Source: a virus (taxonomy: Duplodnaviria > Caudoviricetes). From it: a stretch of 24,419 bases of DNA. Positions 12,001 through 16,789 of the stretch are shown in pieces; position 1 is the first letter of the stretch; each line of letters opens with the position of its first letter. The stretch spans positions 1-24,419 of the IMG/VR virus record IMGVR_UViG_3300021185_001220; one strand, given 5' to 3'. The translations under genes were made by a program, and so were the position numbers. The notes under the pieces were generated by a model. That model was not told the DNA's origin. It searched no databases and worked only from the letters and a program-made list of their open reading frames with translations.

Positions 12001-12766
12001 GCACATATAAACTAGATATGTTTTCTGCACTACCAGTTGACACAATGTTGTAACTACCGTCTGCTTGTTTAACTACATCAAATGGTACATCAGTAAAACG
12101 TCTGTTTGATGAAAAGGAGAACGGATGTCCTGGTGTATCTATTTCAAATGTATAAGTTTGACCTCTATACAAAGTTAATGCAGGGTTAGGTGTAAACCCT
12201 GGAGGCGATATTTTATAAACAACATTATCATCTTGATCTTCTGTTGTTACTGTATATGTACTAACTTCTTCTAAACTTTTTCCAAAAACTGTAACAGTTT
12301 GCGGACCATTAGGCAACCAATAGTACTCACGGAAATTTGTAAATTTATCCCAATCAATATTTGGATTCCAAGAATAATATTCTTGACTGTTTAATAAACT
12401 TTGATTAGCTACGTTGCCTGAAAAGTTTTTAACTTGGTTAATATAGTCAGTATAATCAGCAAAGAAATTTACATTACCTAAATCATCTACAGAAACTGTT
12501 GCTGGCTCTAATTGTCTATCTTCTCTTTGTTTAGAAATGTCAGCAATATAAGTGTCATCAGCTCTATATGCTTTTGCATTTTTTCTTCCCATATAGCCAT
12601 TGACTTTTTCTGCCACACCTGGTTGTGTAAGCTGGTCTATTGTACTTGATAGTATTTTCTTGTTTGCTTGTGTTCTAAAATACTTAGGAAGTAAATCTGC
12701 ACTCTTTCTATTAGAGTTGTTGCCTGCTGGCAACGGTGATTCTGTCTGATCGTTATCGTAAGACAT
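1..12766 (-). CDS. Giant baseplate wedge/structural protein (gp7-like, >4,255 aa, 3' end outside the window) with beta-propeller, CBM5/12-like and beta-sandwich modules
   Basis: ATG at 12766 overlaps the gp6 stop (TAATG), with SD GGAGGA at 12783-12778. Translation begins MSYDNDQTESPLPAGNNSNRKSADLLPKYFRTQANKKILSSTIDQL. The same frame reads sensibly in the middle (LPGFWRGVYNEAYDTDRPHTHPWEMLGF, ~9280-9350) and at the edge (...LMTGIDYGGVEVKSFGF...KAIRIDDP). The track omits open-ended ORFs, and an internal stop would have produced a listed ORF. Contains a P2 gpI/gp7-type motif YKFYQGMLQDKGTANSLTNLF (~7250-7310) and follows gp6, as gp7 does in T4. Confidence 0.88.
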   Translation of the reverse strand, partial: MSYDNDQTESPLPAGNNSNRKSADLLPKYFRTQANKKILSSTIDQLTQPGVAEKVNGYMGRKNAKAYRADDTYIADISKQREDRQLEPATVSVDDLGNVNFFADYTDYINQVKNFSGNVANQSLLNSQEYYSWNPNIDWDKFTNFREYYWLPNGPQTVTVFGKSLEEVSTYTVTTEDQDDNVVYKISPPGFTPNPALTLYRGQTYTFEIDTPGHPFSFSSNRRFTDVPFDVVKQADGSYNIVSTGSAENISSLYVQGITATDLDGNEINPVNVEEGFITFTVPFNAPEQLYYTSQSNANTSGYVKVFDLIENTKIDVNEIIGKKAYTSSNKVKFSNGLKVKFAGNVTPEIYKNDEWYIEGVGDGIKLVKESDLVIPANYVGDKLVPFDSEGFDRLPFGNASAYAGTKDYIIVNRASVDRNAWTRYNKWFHKDVIEKSAEYNGQVPTVDQSSRAARPIIEFNAGLKLFNFGTSAKNDIDLIDFKTTDAFSTVENATGYNIDGTSLADGMRVIFNADTDRNVKGKIYTVNFILIDNIRQISLIEDTDSTPLVDETLLVKGGTTYRGKLFYFNGTEWKFAQAKDKVNQAPLFDIFDNNDDSFSTYNSSNFAGTTLFNYKQGTGTNDSELGFPLSYRAIENFGDIQFNFPLVTDSFVYEENNENIKVNIETGYLRKYTDLTTYVSENGWIKAHKPSKQAIIQQYVVDTNTNDFAVNVFDASGDLNDLVVKVYVNNLFKKENDHYTINRINSIAYVTFTTALTKDDVVELRCYSNTDKNENGYYELAYNLERNPMNENIGDFTIAEVNDHVSTIIENTFEYDGNVFPGVSNLRDIGDLSKHGTRFVKHSGPISLASYHLTDKNANIVKALKYARLEYAKYKRVFLQVAENLGYDGPTKEHVDKILEEINSQKTKGMPFYFSDMLPHGASKRTLHNVTASTGTFFGLSKVFSLNNLTEKAVLVYLNDQELCHGTDYVFTAEGFVNISATLAVGDEVEIYEYDTTDGCFVPTTPTKLGLYPAYKPEMYLDTTYQTPKTVIQGHDGSITVAYGDFRDNLILDFERRIYNNLKQSYNKELFDIHEYVGGNYRDTGFNRQAIDNAFVSDFVQWTVIAGDPNYTSNTFWKDTDTFRYNYNSMVSPTGKTLPGFWRGVYNEAYDTDRPHTHPWEMLGFTIKPTWWETEYGAAPYTKNNFVLWEDLQNGIIREPNVPAKVNKKYKRPNLTNHIPVDENGNLLSPLDSNYAQNFVAVRTRDSYSFGDHTPAESAWRRSSEYPFALITSWLLNQPAKVMGIGFDLSRMERNKVGNLVYTPTNSIIRLKDLVFPNTYTDNQRVITSGLVNLVYNYIVSDINTSYNEYQTELKTLSNRLALKVGGFTDKRKFKLMLDSRTPLNDGNVFVPTENYKLFLNTSVPVDIATYSGVVLQKDTNGFVVKGYDQATSTFKYLEPIISQRDPVINIGGISESFVVWDSGKQYVKGQNVRFDSFYYRVKDSHVSTTTFDTDKMVKLAELPLVGGRSNVLRRKFTNRVKTISYGTLLRTTQDVVDFLLGYEAYLKSQGFEFNYYNKDIGIVEDWTYSVKEFMFWTTQNWAAGTVITLSPGAQQFKFKRPFVVVDDIFDTFYDYSLLKADGQKLEKSFSSIARDSENEFGLTVKNTEDGIFSVKLPLVQREHIILLDNKTVFGDVIYDQEAGYRQERIKVAGYRSDNWTGGLNIPGFVYDAAEVTDWLSYKDYGIGKLVKHKEFYYVATTDITGTEQFIDNQWERLDERPEAQLIPNFEYKINQFADFYDLDTDNFDIEQQKHAQHLIGYQKRKYLENIVNDDVSQYKFYQGMLQDKGTANSLTNLFDALASADKESLEFYEEWALRVGRYGATENFSSVEFLLDESQIKTNPQPIELVNSIPANDTDTIYKLTPQDVYLKPKDYNHKPFPITSSYIPFVKDAGYVFDDDISYRIKNKTDILTANIDVIGANDYVWVTGENADWDVLQHVTTDLRVVKIVGFGEGLDQIDGTSAPGGIFTFNKAHNFVPGDIIGIQNTLTANDAFFVVESAFATSVEVVAGEQQSIEDQETVDAFVSVLRSVKYSTVKDANYALEGKLLKNQKIWVGNSSNWLVPIKDNVYSTKKHYNNPSEYDNTSTYEYGSSMSVNTANTRMVLGDHSANNNSGLVHTYQRGSNLRDLLFEETLQLDTDIYPVSADHRFGADIDISADGKYLIVGSSTASDVASNYQQGYLNTTAYATNDIVKYNENYWKAKRPITAESASVAFSTFDSYANFENSSDSSLLTLVLQGNAYLPNTQTNHILVAAPFDQYKGTKPQDKLVLKWNAFTNFNRNTGPSVSVELFPNGINSQNVAGQYTEPTANFISGEHVIVEKVDSVLLVEPFTDPPVDGDVIETSGGSATVYKAFTRDFKLVVYLKDTNGVFGPTGTISNANGTPIGEYTQPNYNGTTGAIGGWWYIDVGTNYLTSDEFTDPKDFGVPAYGLIYQDVLVYDELTDTYARTTPNFYKNVLDDVSSTLFPSVDEPGFVSVLSHRGAAYINVDVDGVQSILDNRWLVRIPKSLEGDINAPGDKFRTYIDDQADAPDFSLLGFDASYINDFEHTVIDMWDGYIDFTFTKTQGADVVMLSDQDVDVGDFFEPAYEGKEFTDLNGNIVNIGGAVTGDIIRDDITGAEAKVAYYIRRAGDQGRVYLKNVTGTGSFTQGNRLLLKTVEGVGQDDNLRIMGPINKVSLYGLNTGKLAVVQKGTTFPAHPESYGGLDQFRDLNSFAYVNKEFWIYKEELAEAGAEAPASIPSTSNSDWQLVYNLPVTTTGSQVSKPANQGVYTIYNRVGTSWTNRGTFEIPDSATNSNVGKQVAISQENDLYRFYVGSKENLTVIKHGTDKYGKTYDFAFDINPHYRGDYSADATYKTDEIVLYSNQLYSALTFVKGVTPTSTLKWKLLNSQVNYLPTLPNAVNIFNDPAFDDLGESVTDFTKQITVSDNGQVLAISIVTDVSVDADNKVLVYRILDDRYVLDQTIVAPLSNTGWGSSIDLSEDGDTLAIADPESDIDGFNTGKVYVYAKSNGTFEMHQTLSGTGTSSEKFGEKVSVSKDIIAVTSGNGDVATDTLFDTGITTFDDTFTAFPDKKIDSGSIRLYQKVADAFVLGEELDYDGDLTVLTASRFGEQVLINDNHVYVGVPGDPNDYYTEDTNPGSFVDYQVTQNVKPWTILRTPNEVVDVKKIKSAFLYNTRTNKLIKYLDYVDPVQGKIAGPAEQELTFKSNIDFARYNVTTLPDYFSETNNWEEQHLGKLWWDISTARFFNPYQEDITNQANKWNTLIPGYSADVYEWVESSIIPSEWDKIADTSEGFAKGISGLSKYGDAAYSQKLAYDSASQTFSDKYYFWVKSKKTVPADETRSISGSEVEGLIGNPRGQGYSFVALLSNDRFVLYNSESLLNDKEVALHVSYYTQDTQEQNTHLEYQLVTEGLETSVPKADIERKWIDSLIGYDTRGRQVPNPELSPAEKYGTLNSPRQSWFVNKQEAFKQVIERANLTLKENIIVDDFSFTTLNSVDVQPFVTERKYDYKLDTLEELDFVGTNKIKTAQLEASVHGGTVTDIRIINSGRGYVDPTYDSTTSTVRHGPSFELFGNGSGLDFNIEINNLGQVNKVNIINGGAGYDENLRIEVRPLTVLIENDSTVNNKWAIYEYNTTSSIWDRIISQSYDTTEYWDYADWYATGYNQFTKIDYRVDESYQLSATDAKIGQIVKIDNIGNGGWLLLIRTAETNSTDYTIDYDTIGRENGTIEISSKIYNVIENTIGYDLLGYDNRFFDTEPVTEARQILTALKNDIFVDNLAVKWQELFFASIRYVLSEQQNVDWVYKTSFVKAKHNVGSLTQKINYQNDNLDSYNDYINEVKPYKTNVREYLSSYENVDNTNTQTSDFDLPPYFDITKGKITTKSVKIKDDTLIGADEFFDDYPYKSWKENFGFKVIGINIYDGGSKYTYPPTVTIAGGGGSGATARAYIGAGKVVNIVVTNTGSGYTSAPTITISGSQADGSTTAIASAQIGETVVRSMHVEMKFDRVSGEYVIIELPETETFTGTAINDTFALKWPMNLKRNKVKVTINGQILLRSEYTFSNIEDNNYTYKRHKGQIKFTTTPALGAAISIEYEKESSILNAQDRINHLYNPTTGMLGKELSQLMTGIDYGGVEVKSFGFEGTSGWMTDEYGSDTWDSYDNEFQDEIFFADGTTVAIELDNPLEDGIQYNVYLKRSGQTKAIRIDDP
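3195..6373 (-). repeat. Seven FG-GAP/integrin-like beta-propeller blade repeats (protein level), interrupted by inserted domains
   Basis: YGSSMSVN...GLVHTY; FGADIDISADGKYLIVGS; VGKQVAIS; FTKQITVSDNGQVLAIS...KVLVY; WGSSIDLSEDGDTLAIADP...GKVYVY; FGEKVSVS...GSIRLY; FGEQVLIN...VYVGVP. Confidence 0.7.
3971..8390 (-). repeat. Four dispersed CBM5/12 (ChtBD3)-like modules in the giant protein
   Basis: WDSGKQYVKGQNVRFDSFYYRV (~8320-8383); WLSYKDYGIGKLVKHKEFYYVA...QWERL (~7490-7609); YLNTTAYATNDIVKYNENYWKA (~6030-6094); YSADATYKTDEIVLYSNQLYSA...TPTSTLKWKLL (~3971-4087). Confidence 0.65.
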
Positions 12767-15700
12767 TAGTAATAACTTCCTCCGCTACTTGAATTATTAG
12801 AACTGCTTGAACTTGAATTGTTTAAATTATTTGAACTAGATGAACTAGTAAATGACGATGCACTTGTAATACCTGTGTTTACATTTTCACTTGATGTTAC
12901 TACGTTACCAGATGCATTTAATCTAGTTGCTGTAATTTGGTCAATAATTTCTATATCTGCCACTGTTGCACTGTTAATAAAAATTTCATCAACTTCGCTT
13001 CTTATTTCAAACAAACTACCAAAAGTTTGTGTTACTTGATCAGGAACAATAACAACACTTACTAAATCTGGTGCAAGTCTGTTTGTTATATATGTTGCTA
13101 ATTCTTGGAAGTAAAACGTATCACCGAAGTTCCAATTTTCTAATGCAAAATATTGATTAATTGCTTCAATACATCTTGTCTTTACATCATTGTCATTTAA
13201 AACTTGATCAGGATTTTTTACTAATTTAAATGTTGCTTGTAGATCTGATCTAGCAGCTGCACCAAATAGTTCTTTGTATTTTACTGGATGGTAAATTACT
13301 TCATCACTTATTGATTTAATTTTATTAAGTTCGCGACCATAAGATCTAAATAACTCATCTGAACTTGGTGGTAGTGGCTGTTGTGTTAATTGTCCATCTA
13401 AGAAAAGTCTATAATTTCTATCATATGTTTTTGTTAACATATAAGTGTCAATAATATTACTTGCACTAGGATCAATCCTATTGTTAGTATCAGCAACATG
13501 TATATAATGGAATTTTAGTTTGTCTCTTCCTATAAATGCTTTGTAGTCACTGTTAGTTACTAGTTCAAGTATTGATGCATCTAACTTCTTAAACACATTG
13601 TTGTCTCTAAAGTAAAATAGTTGTCCATCTGTGTATGTGCTTAATGGTTGTATGTTAGTTTGCGATTCTAGTATTTCAATATCTGTTGATTCAACATATC
13701 TAAATTCTTCAACACCTGCATCTGTAAAATATTTTTCGTGTATAATAATTTTTGTTAGTGGAGTATTATCCTCGTCACCTACAATATGTAAAAATAATTC
13801 TGGATCATCAATAACACCATCTGCGTCTTTGTCAGCAAATGTTATTTCTATTTTCTTAGTGTCTACATAACCTTCTTTATCTCTATATGATTCTAAAATA
13901 TCAAAATCAAAGTTATCTGTAAACGGCAACACACTGTTAGGTCTTGTGTTTATATTCAATACACTTAGTTTGTCTCTTATAGTTTTACCTGTTTGTGTGT
14001 CATATATTTTATCTGTGCTGTCATAGTAGAATTTAATTTCCCTATCACTTTCAAATACATAACGTAACCCTCTATTTGTTACTTTGTATGTCTCGCCATT
14101 TGTTTCAAATAGCAATAACCAACTTGCATCAAGGTTAGCATTACTTACATTGCCTGCAAATCCTGTACCAAAACTACTTTTCTTATCTAAGTCTGTTGCT
14201 TTTATTAAACGCCAAACACGATTAACATCATCATAACGTAACCCAAAATCGTTGTATGCAAAAGTTTGATCAATAATTTCTACTTTAACATCGTCAATAA
14301 GACTGTTTGCTAACTTAGGACGTATCTGTACTAGTCTGCATCCGTTAGCAATCTTATCAGCTAATGCTATTGGACCTTGTGTGTCTGATAATCCAATGTC
14401 TAGTCCGTTACCTGCAACCGCTATAACTTTAGTCCATTTATATGTAGAACTTCCTACATGGTTAGCGTCACCTGCCATTAAGGATCCGTCGGGCATAAAG
14501 TGGAATCCTGTTGGTGCTTCAAATTTAATTGCTGTGCCAGCTTCAATATATTTTAAACTGTTTGTAGTAAATGATCCAACTCGATAACCAGAGGCATCTA
14601 ATGACTGAAAATTACCTGTATAAGTGTTTGTAGCTTCTGTAGTAACGTTCCAATAAACACTTAGATCAAAAGTACTAATCTTTGGAAATTTATCTAAGTA
14701 ATAATGTTTTACTTTCTTGTCATCAAGAATAGGTTCTACAGTGTTTATTATAATACCTTCAATATCTGTTTGAGTATTAAAATTAAAACTTGTTTTGTTT
14801 GTGATGTATTCTTTGTATAGTACGCCATCATTTCCGTATAAGTTAGTATTACTATATTTGCCGGTAGCATCATTTAAATCAAAGTATCTTGATATACCAC
14901 TTGATGTTCTGTTAACTGATTTTACTTTTACAATTTCTTGACTTATGCCTAAAGGAGCAACATTGTAATCTTCCCCTGTGACCATTCTATTTTGTGTATA
15001 GTATGTTGCAGGTGCATTTTGTTTAATACTTAAATTACTTTCAGATCTAGCACTATTTGCTACAGTTGTTTGTAACCCTAGAGTTAATGTAAGAGTGTGT
15101 ACTCTTCCTTTTTTGCTTAGGTATGGAATATTAACAGCAATATTAGTAATAGCTGCTGGTGTAATAACCATATTTCTATTTTCACTAGTTCTAAAATATG
15201 ATTTAAAATTACCTTTTGGAAGATTTCCAAAAACTCCATCACTAAATGCTATATTAATTCTGTCGTCAACTCTTGTTAGCACACTATAGATATTTCTTAT
15301 TTTTTTGTTAATACTATTGTATATTACATTATTGCCTTCTACAGCATCAAGTTTTGACCATAACTCTGATTCGTTACCATTTGCATCTAATTTAAATAAC
15401 CAAACATCTGAATCGTTAATATTTTCTGTATCAATGGAAACTGTTTGATTTGGTGTAGGTTGTGTTACACTAAATTGTCCACTTTCTAGTCTACCCTGAC
15501 GGAAGTGTGCAAAAAATCCTGTGTTACTACTACCTGGTCCTTGTGTATCATTTCTATACATGAACGCAAAGTTGTTTCCTGGTATTGGTGCTTCTTCAAC
15601 TAAACTACCTTCTTCTATATCTGTAGATACAATTTCAAAAGGAGTTGTTTTACCTTCAATTGGCTTTTCAAAAGAATATACAGGAACATCAGTGTTAACT

Positions 15701-16272
15701 CCGTTTATTCTGTACTGGTCTGTTGATATGCCTGCTACTGTCTCACTTTTGTTTGGCTTACCAAATACTCCGTTAACTGGTAACGAAGTGTTTAGCACTT
15801 TAATAAACTGTTCATACCAGTTTGAATTGGTGCTGTCGTTCCACTGTATTGTTTGGCCTGCTAAGTTAGTACCATTTGAATCAAGAAGATCTTCAGTAGT
15901 GCTTACGGCTGTAAATTTTAAAAGTCCGTTAGCAGATTGATTTCTTCGTGGATTATAATTTAGTAGTCTTGCTAGTCTTAGTACTGATTCTCTACGTTCT
16001 GCAAGTTCGAGGAAATTTTCTCTTGCATTTAAATCAATTCTAAAGGATAAATTTTGTCCAAGGAATGCTACTAAGTCAATTAGTGCAAGGTATTCACTTG
16101 ATTCAATATAGTCGTTGAAATCCTCAGGATAATTAGTCCTAAGATATTCTATCATTGTTCGTCTTAAATTATCAAAGTCGTAACTTTGAAAGTCGGCATT
16201 GCGAAAAGATTGGTATATTGTTTTCCAATCCTCTGCAACTAGTAATCTGTTTTGTCTATCAGTAGCTGACAT
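12766..16272 (-). CDS. gp6: Baseplate wedge subunit, T4 gp6-like (1168 aa)
   Basis: N-terminal DFDNLRRTMIEYLR...FNDYIESSEYLALIDLVAF...NARENFLELAERRESVLRLARLLNYNP and the QNRMVTGEDY motif are typical of gp6/baseplate-J proteins. SD GAGGA lies upstream, and the gene follows gp25. Confidence 0.9.
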   Translation of the reverse strand: MSATDRQNRLLVAEDWKTIYQSFRNADFQSYDFDNLRRTMIEYLRTNYPEDFNDYIESSEYLALIDLVAFLGQNLSFRIDLNARENFLELAERRESVLRLARLLNYNPRRNQSANGLLKFTAVSTTEDLLDSNGTNLAGQTIQWNDSTNSNWYEQFIKVLNTSLPVNGVFGKPNKSETVAGISTDQYRINGVNTDVPVYSFEKPIEGKTTPFEIVSTDIEEGSLVEEAPIPGNNFAFMYRNDTQGPGSSNTGFFAHFRQGRLESGQFSVTQPTPNQTVSIDTENINDSDVWLFKLDANGNESELWSKLDAVEGNNVIYNSINKKIRNIYSVLTRVDDRINIAFSDGVFGNLPKGNFKSYFRTSENRNMVITPAAITNIAVNIPYLSKKGRVHTLTLTLGLQTTVANSARSESNLSIKQNAPATYYTQNRMVTGEDYNVAPLGISQEIVKVKSVNRTSSGISRYFDLNDATGKYSNTNLYGNDGVLYKEYITNKTSFNFNTQTDIEGIIINTVEPILDDKKVKHYYLDKFPKISTFDLSVYWNVTTEATNTYTGNFQSLDASGYRVGSFTTNSLKYIEAGTAIKFEAPTGFHFMPDGSLMAGDANHVGSSTYKWTKVIAVAGNGLDIGLSDTQGPIALADKIANGCRLVQIRPKLANSLIDDVKVEIIDQTFAYNDFGLRYDDVNRVWRLIKATDLDKKSSFGTGFAGNVSNANLDASWLLLFETNGETYKVTNRGLRYVFESDREIKFYYDSTDKIYDTQTGKTIRDKLSVLNINTRPNSVLPFTDNFDFDILESYRDKEGYVDTKKIEITFADKDADGVIDDPELFLHIVGDEDNTPLTKIIIHEKYFTDAGVEEFRYVESTDIEILESQTNIQPLSTYTDGQLFYFRDNNVFKKLDASILELVTNSDYKAFIGRDKLKFHYIHVADTNNRIDPSASNIIDTYMLTKTYDRNYRLFLDGQLTQQPLPPSSDELFRSYGRELNKIKSISDEVIYHPVKYKELFGAAARSDLQATFKLVKNPDQVLNDNDVKTRCIEAINQYFALENWNFGDTFYFQELATYITNRLAPDLVSVVIVPDQVTQTFGSLFEIRSEVDEIFINSATVADIEIIDQITATRLNASGNVVTSSENVNTGITSASSFTSSSSSNNLNNSSSSSSNNSSSGGSYY

Positions 16273-16291
16273 CTAATTTCCTCATATAACG

Positions 16292-16321
16292 TATTTATTA
16301 TAAACTGTTATGTACGTAGTT
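16292..16321 (-). promoter_or_regulatory. Putative late promoter: AACTACGTACATAA-N10-TAAATA upstream of gp6
   Basis: TAAATA (here AATAAATA; T4 late consensus is TATAAATA) at 16297-16292. The upstream 14-mer at 16321-16308 is shared 12/14, at identical spacing, with the site at 23872-23901. Confidence 0.7.
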
Positions 16322-16327
16322 AATTCT

Positions 16328-16774
16328 CTAAGCAAGTAAGCCAGCTTCTCTATCAAATTGTAGAGTCATAGCTTCAGCAATACTATAGTTTAGGTAGATT
16401 AGAGTACATTCAATTTGTATACCACTTTCATACGTATCAACAATAACATTATCAACAGTAACCCGAGGATCATAATTAATAATATCTGCTACATTCTCAA
16501 TAATAGCGGCTTTTAGTCCTTCTGTTAATGGGTCAAATAGTAAGTCCCATATAATTGTCCCAAATTCAGGATTTTCTAATTTTTCACCTTGACGTATATG
16601 AAAATGGTTAATTATATCCTGTTTAATAACAGCAAGGTCGTACAATCTGTATCCGTCATTAACAGGATTTACTGTGCTTATAGATCTGTAAGACGCACTT
16701 GATGCTGGTTGTTTAGGCTTTGTAGAACTTGCTACATTTACCCTTTTGTATATATTTTTCTCTAAAGTACTCAT
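16328..16774 (-). CDS. gp25: Baseplate wedge subunit / sheath initiator, gp25-like (148 aa)
   Basis: IKQDIINHFHIRQGEKLENPEFGTIIWDLLFDP...IINYDPRV matches the GPW/gp25 family pattern. Size and position between spike and gp6 fit. Confidence 0.9.
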   Translation of the reverse strand: MSTLEKNIYKRVNVASSTKPKQPASSASYRSISTVNPVNDGYRLYDLAVIKQDIINHFHIRQGEKLENPEFGTIIWDLLFDPLTEGLKAAIIENVADIINYDPRVTVDNVIVDTYESGIQIECTLIYLNYSIAEAMTLQFDREAGLLA

Positions 16775-16779
16775 AGTAA

Positions 16780-16785
16780 TATTTA
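16780..16785 (-). promoter_or_regulatory. Putative late promoter core TAAATA 5 nt upstream of the gp25 ATG
   Basis: Minus strand reads TAGAGGGTAAATATTACTATG. All three intergenic gaps in the window contain TAAATA on the coding strand. Confidence 0.5.
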
Positions 16786-16789
16786 CCCT

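Noticed and set aside
1-12766. Stop-codon recoding or a non-coding/pseudogene region as the explanation for the gap in the ORF track
   Set aside because: The region reads as one open frame in the standard code. It is missing only because its stop lies outside the window, and TAG acts as a normal stop for gp5 and gp25.
16297-16325. TATAAT on the minus strand upstream of gp6 as a sigma70 promoter
   Set aside because: There is no -35 match at 17-nt spacing (AATTAA). It is better explained as part of the late promoter spacer and core.
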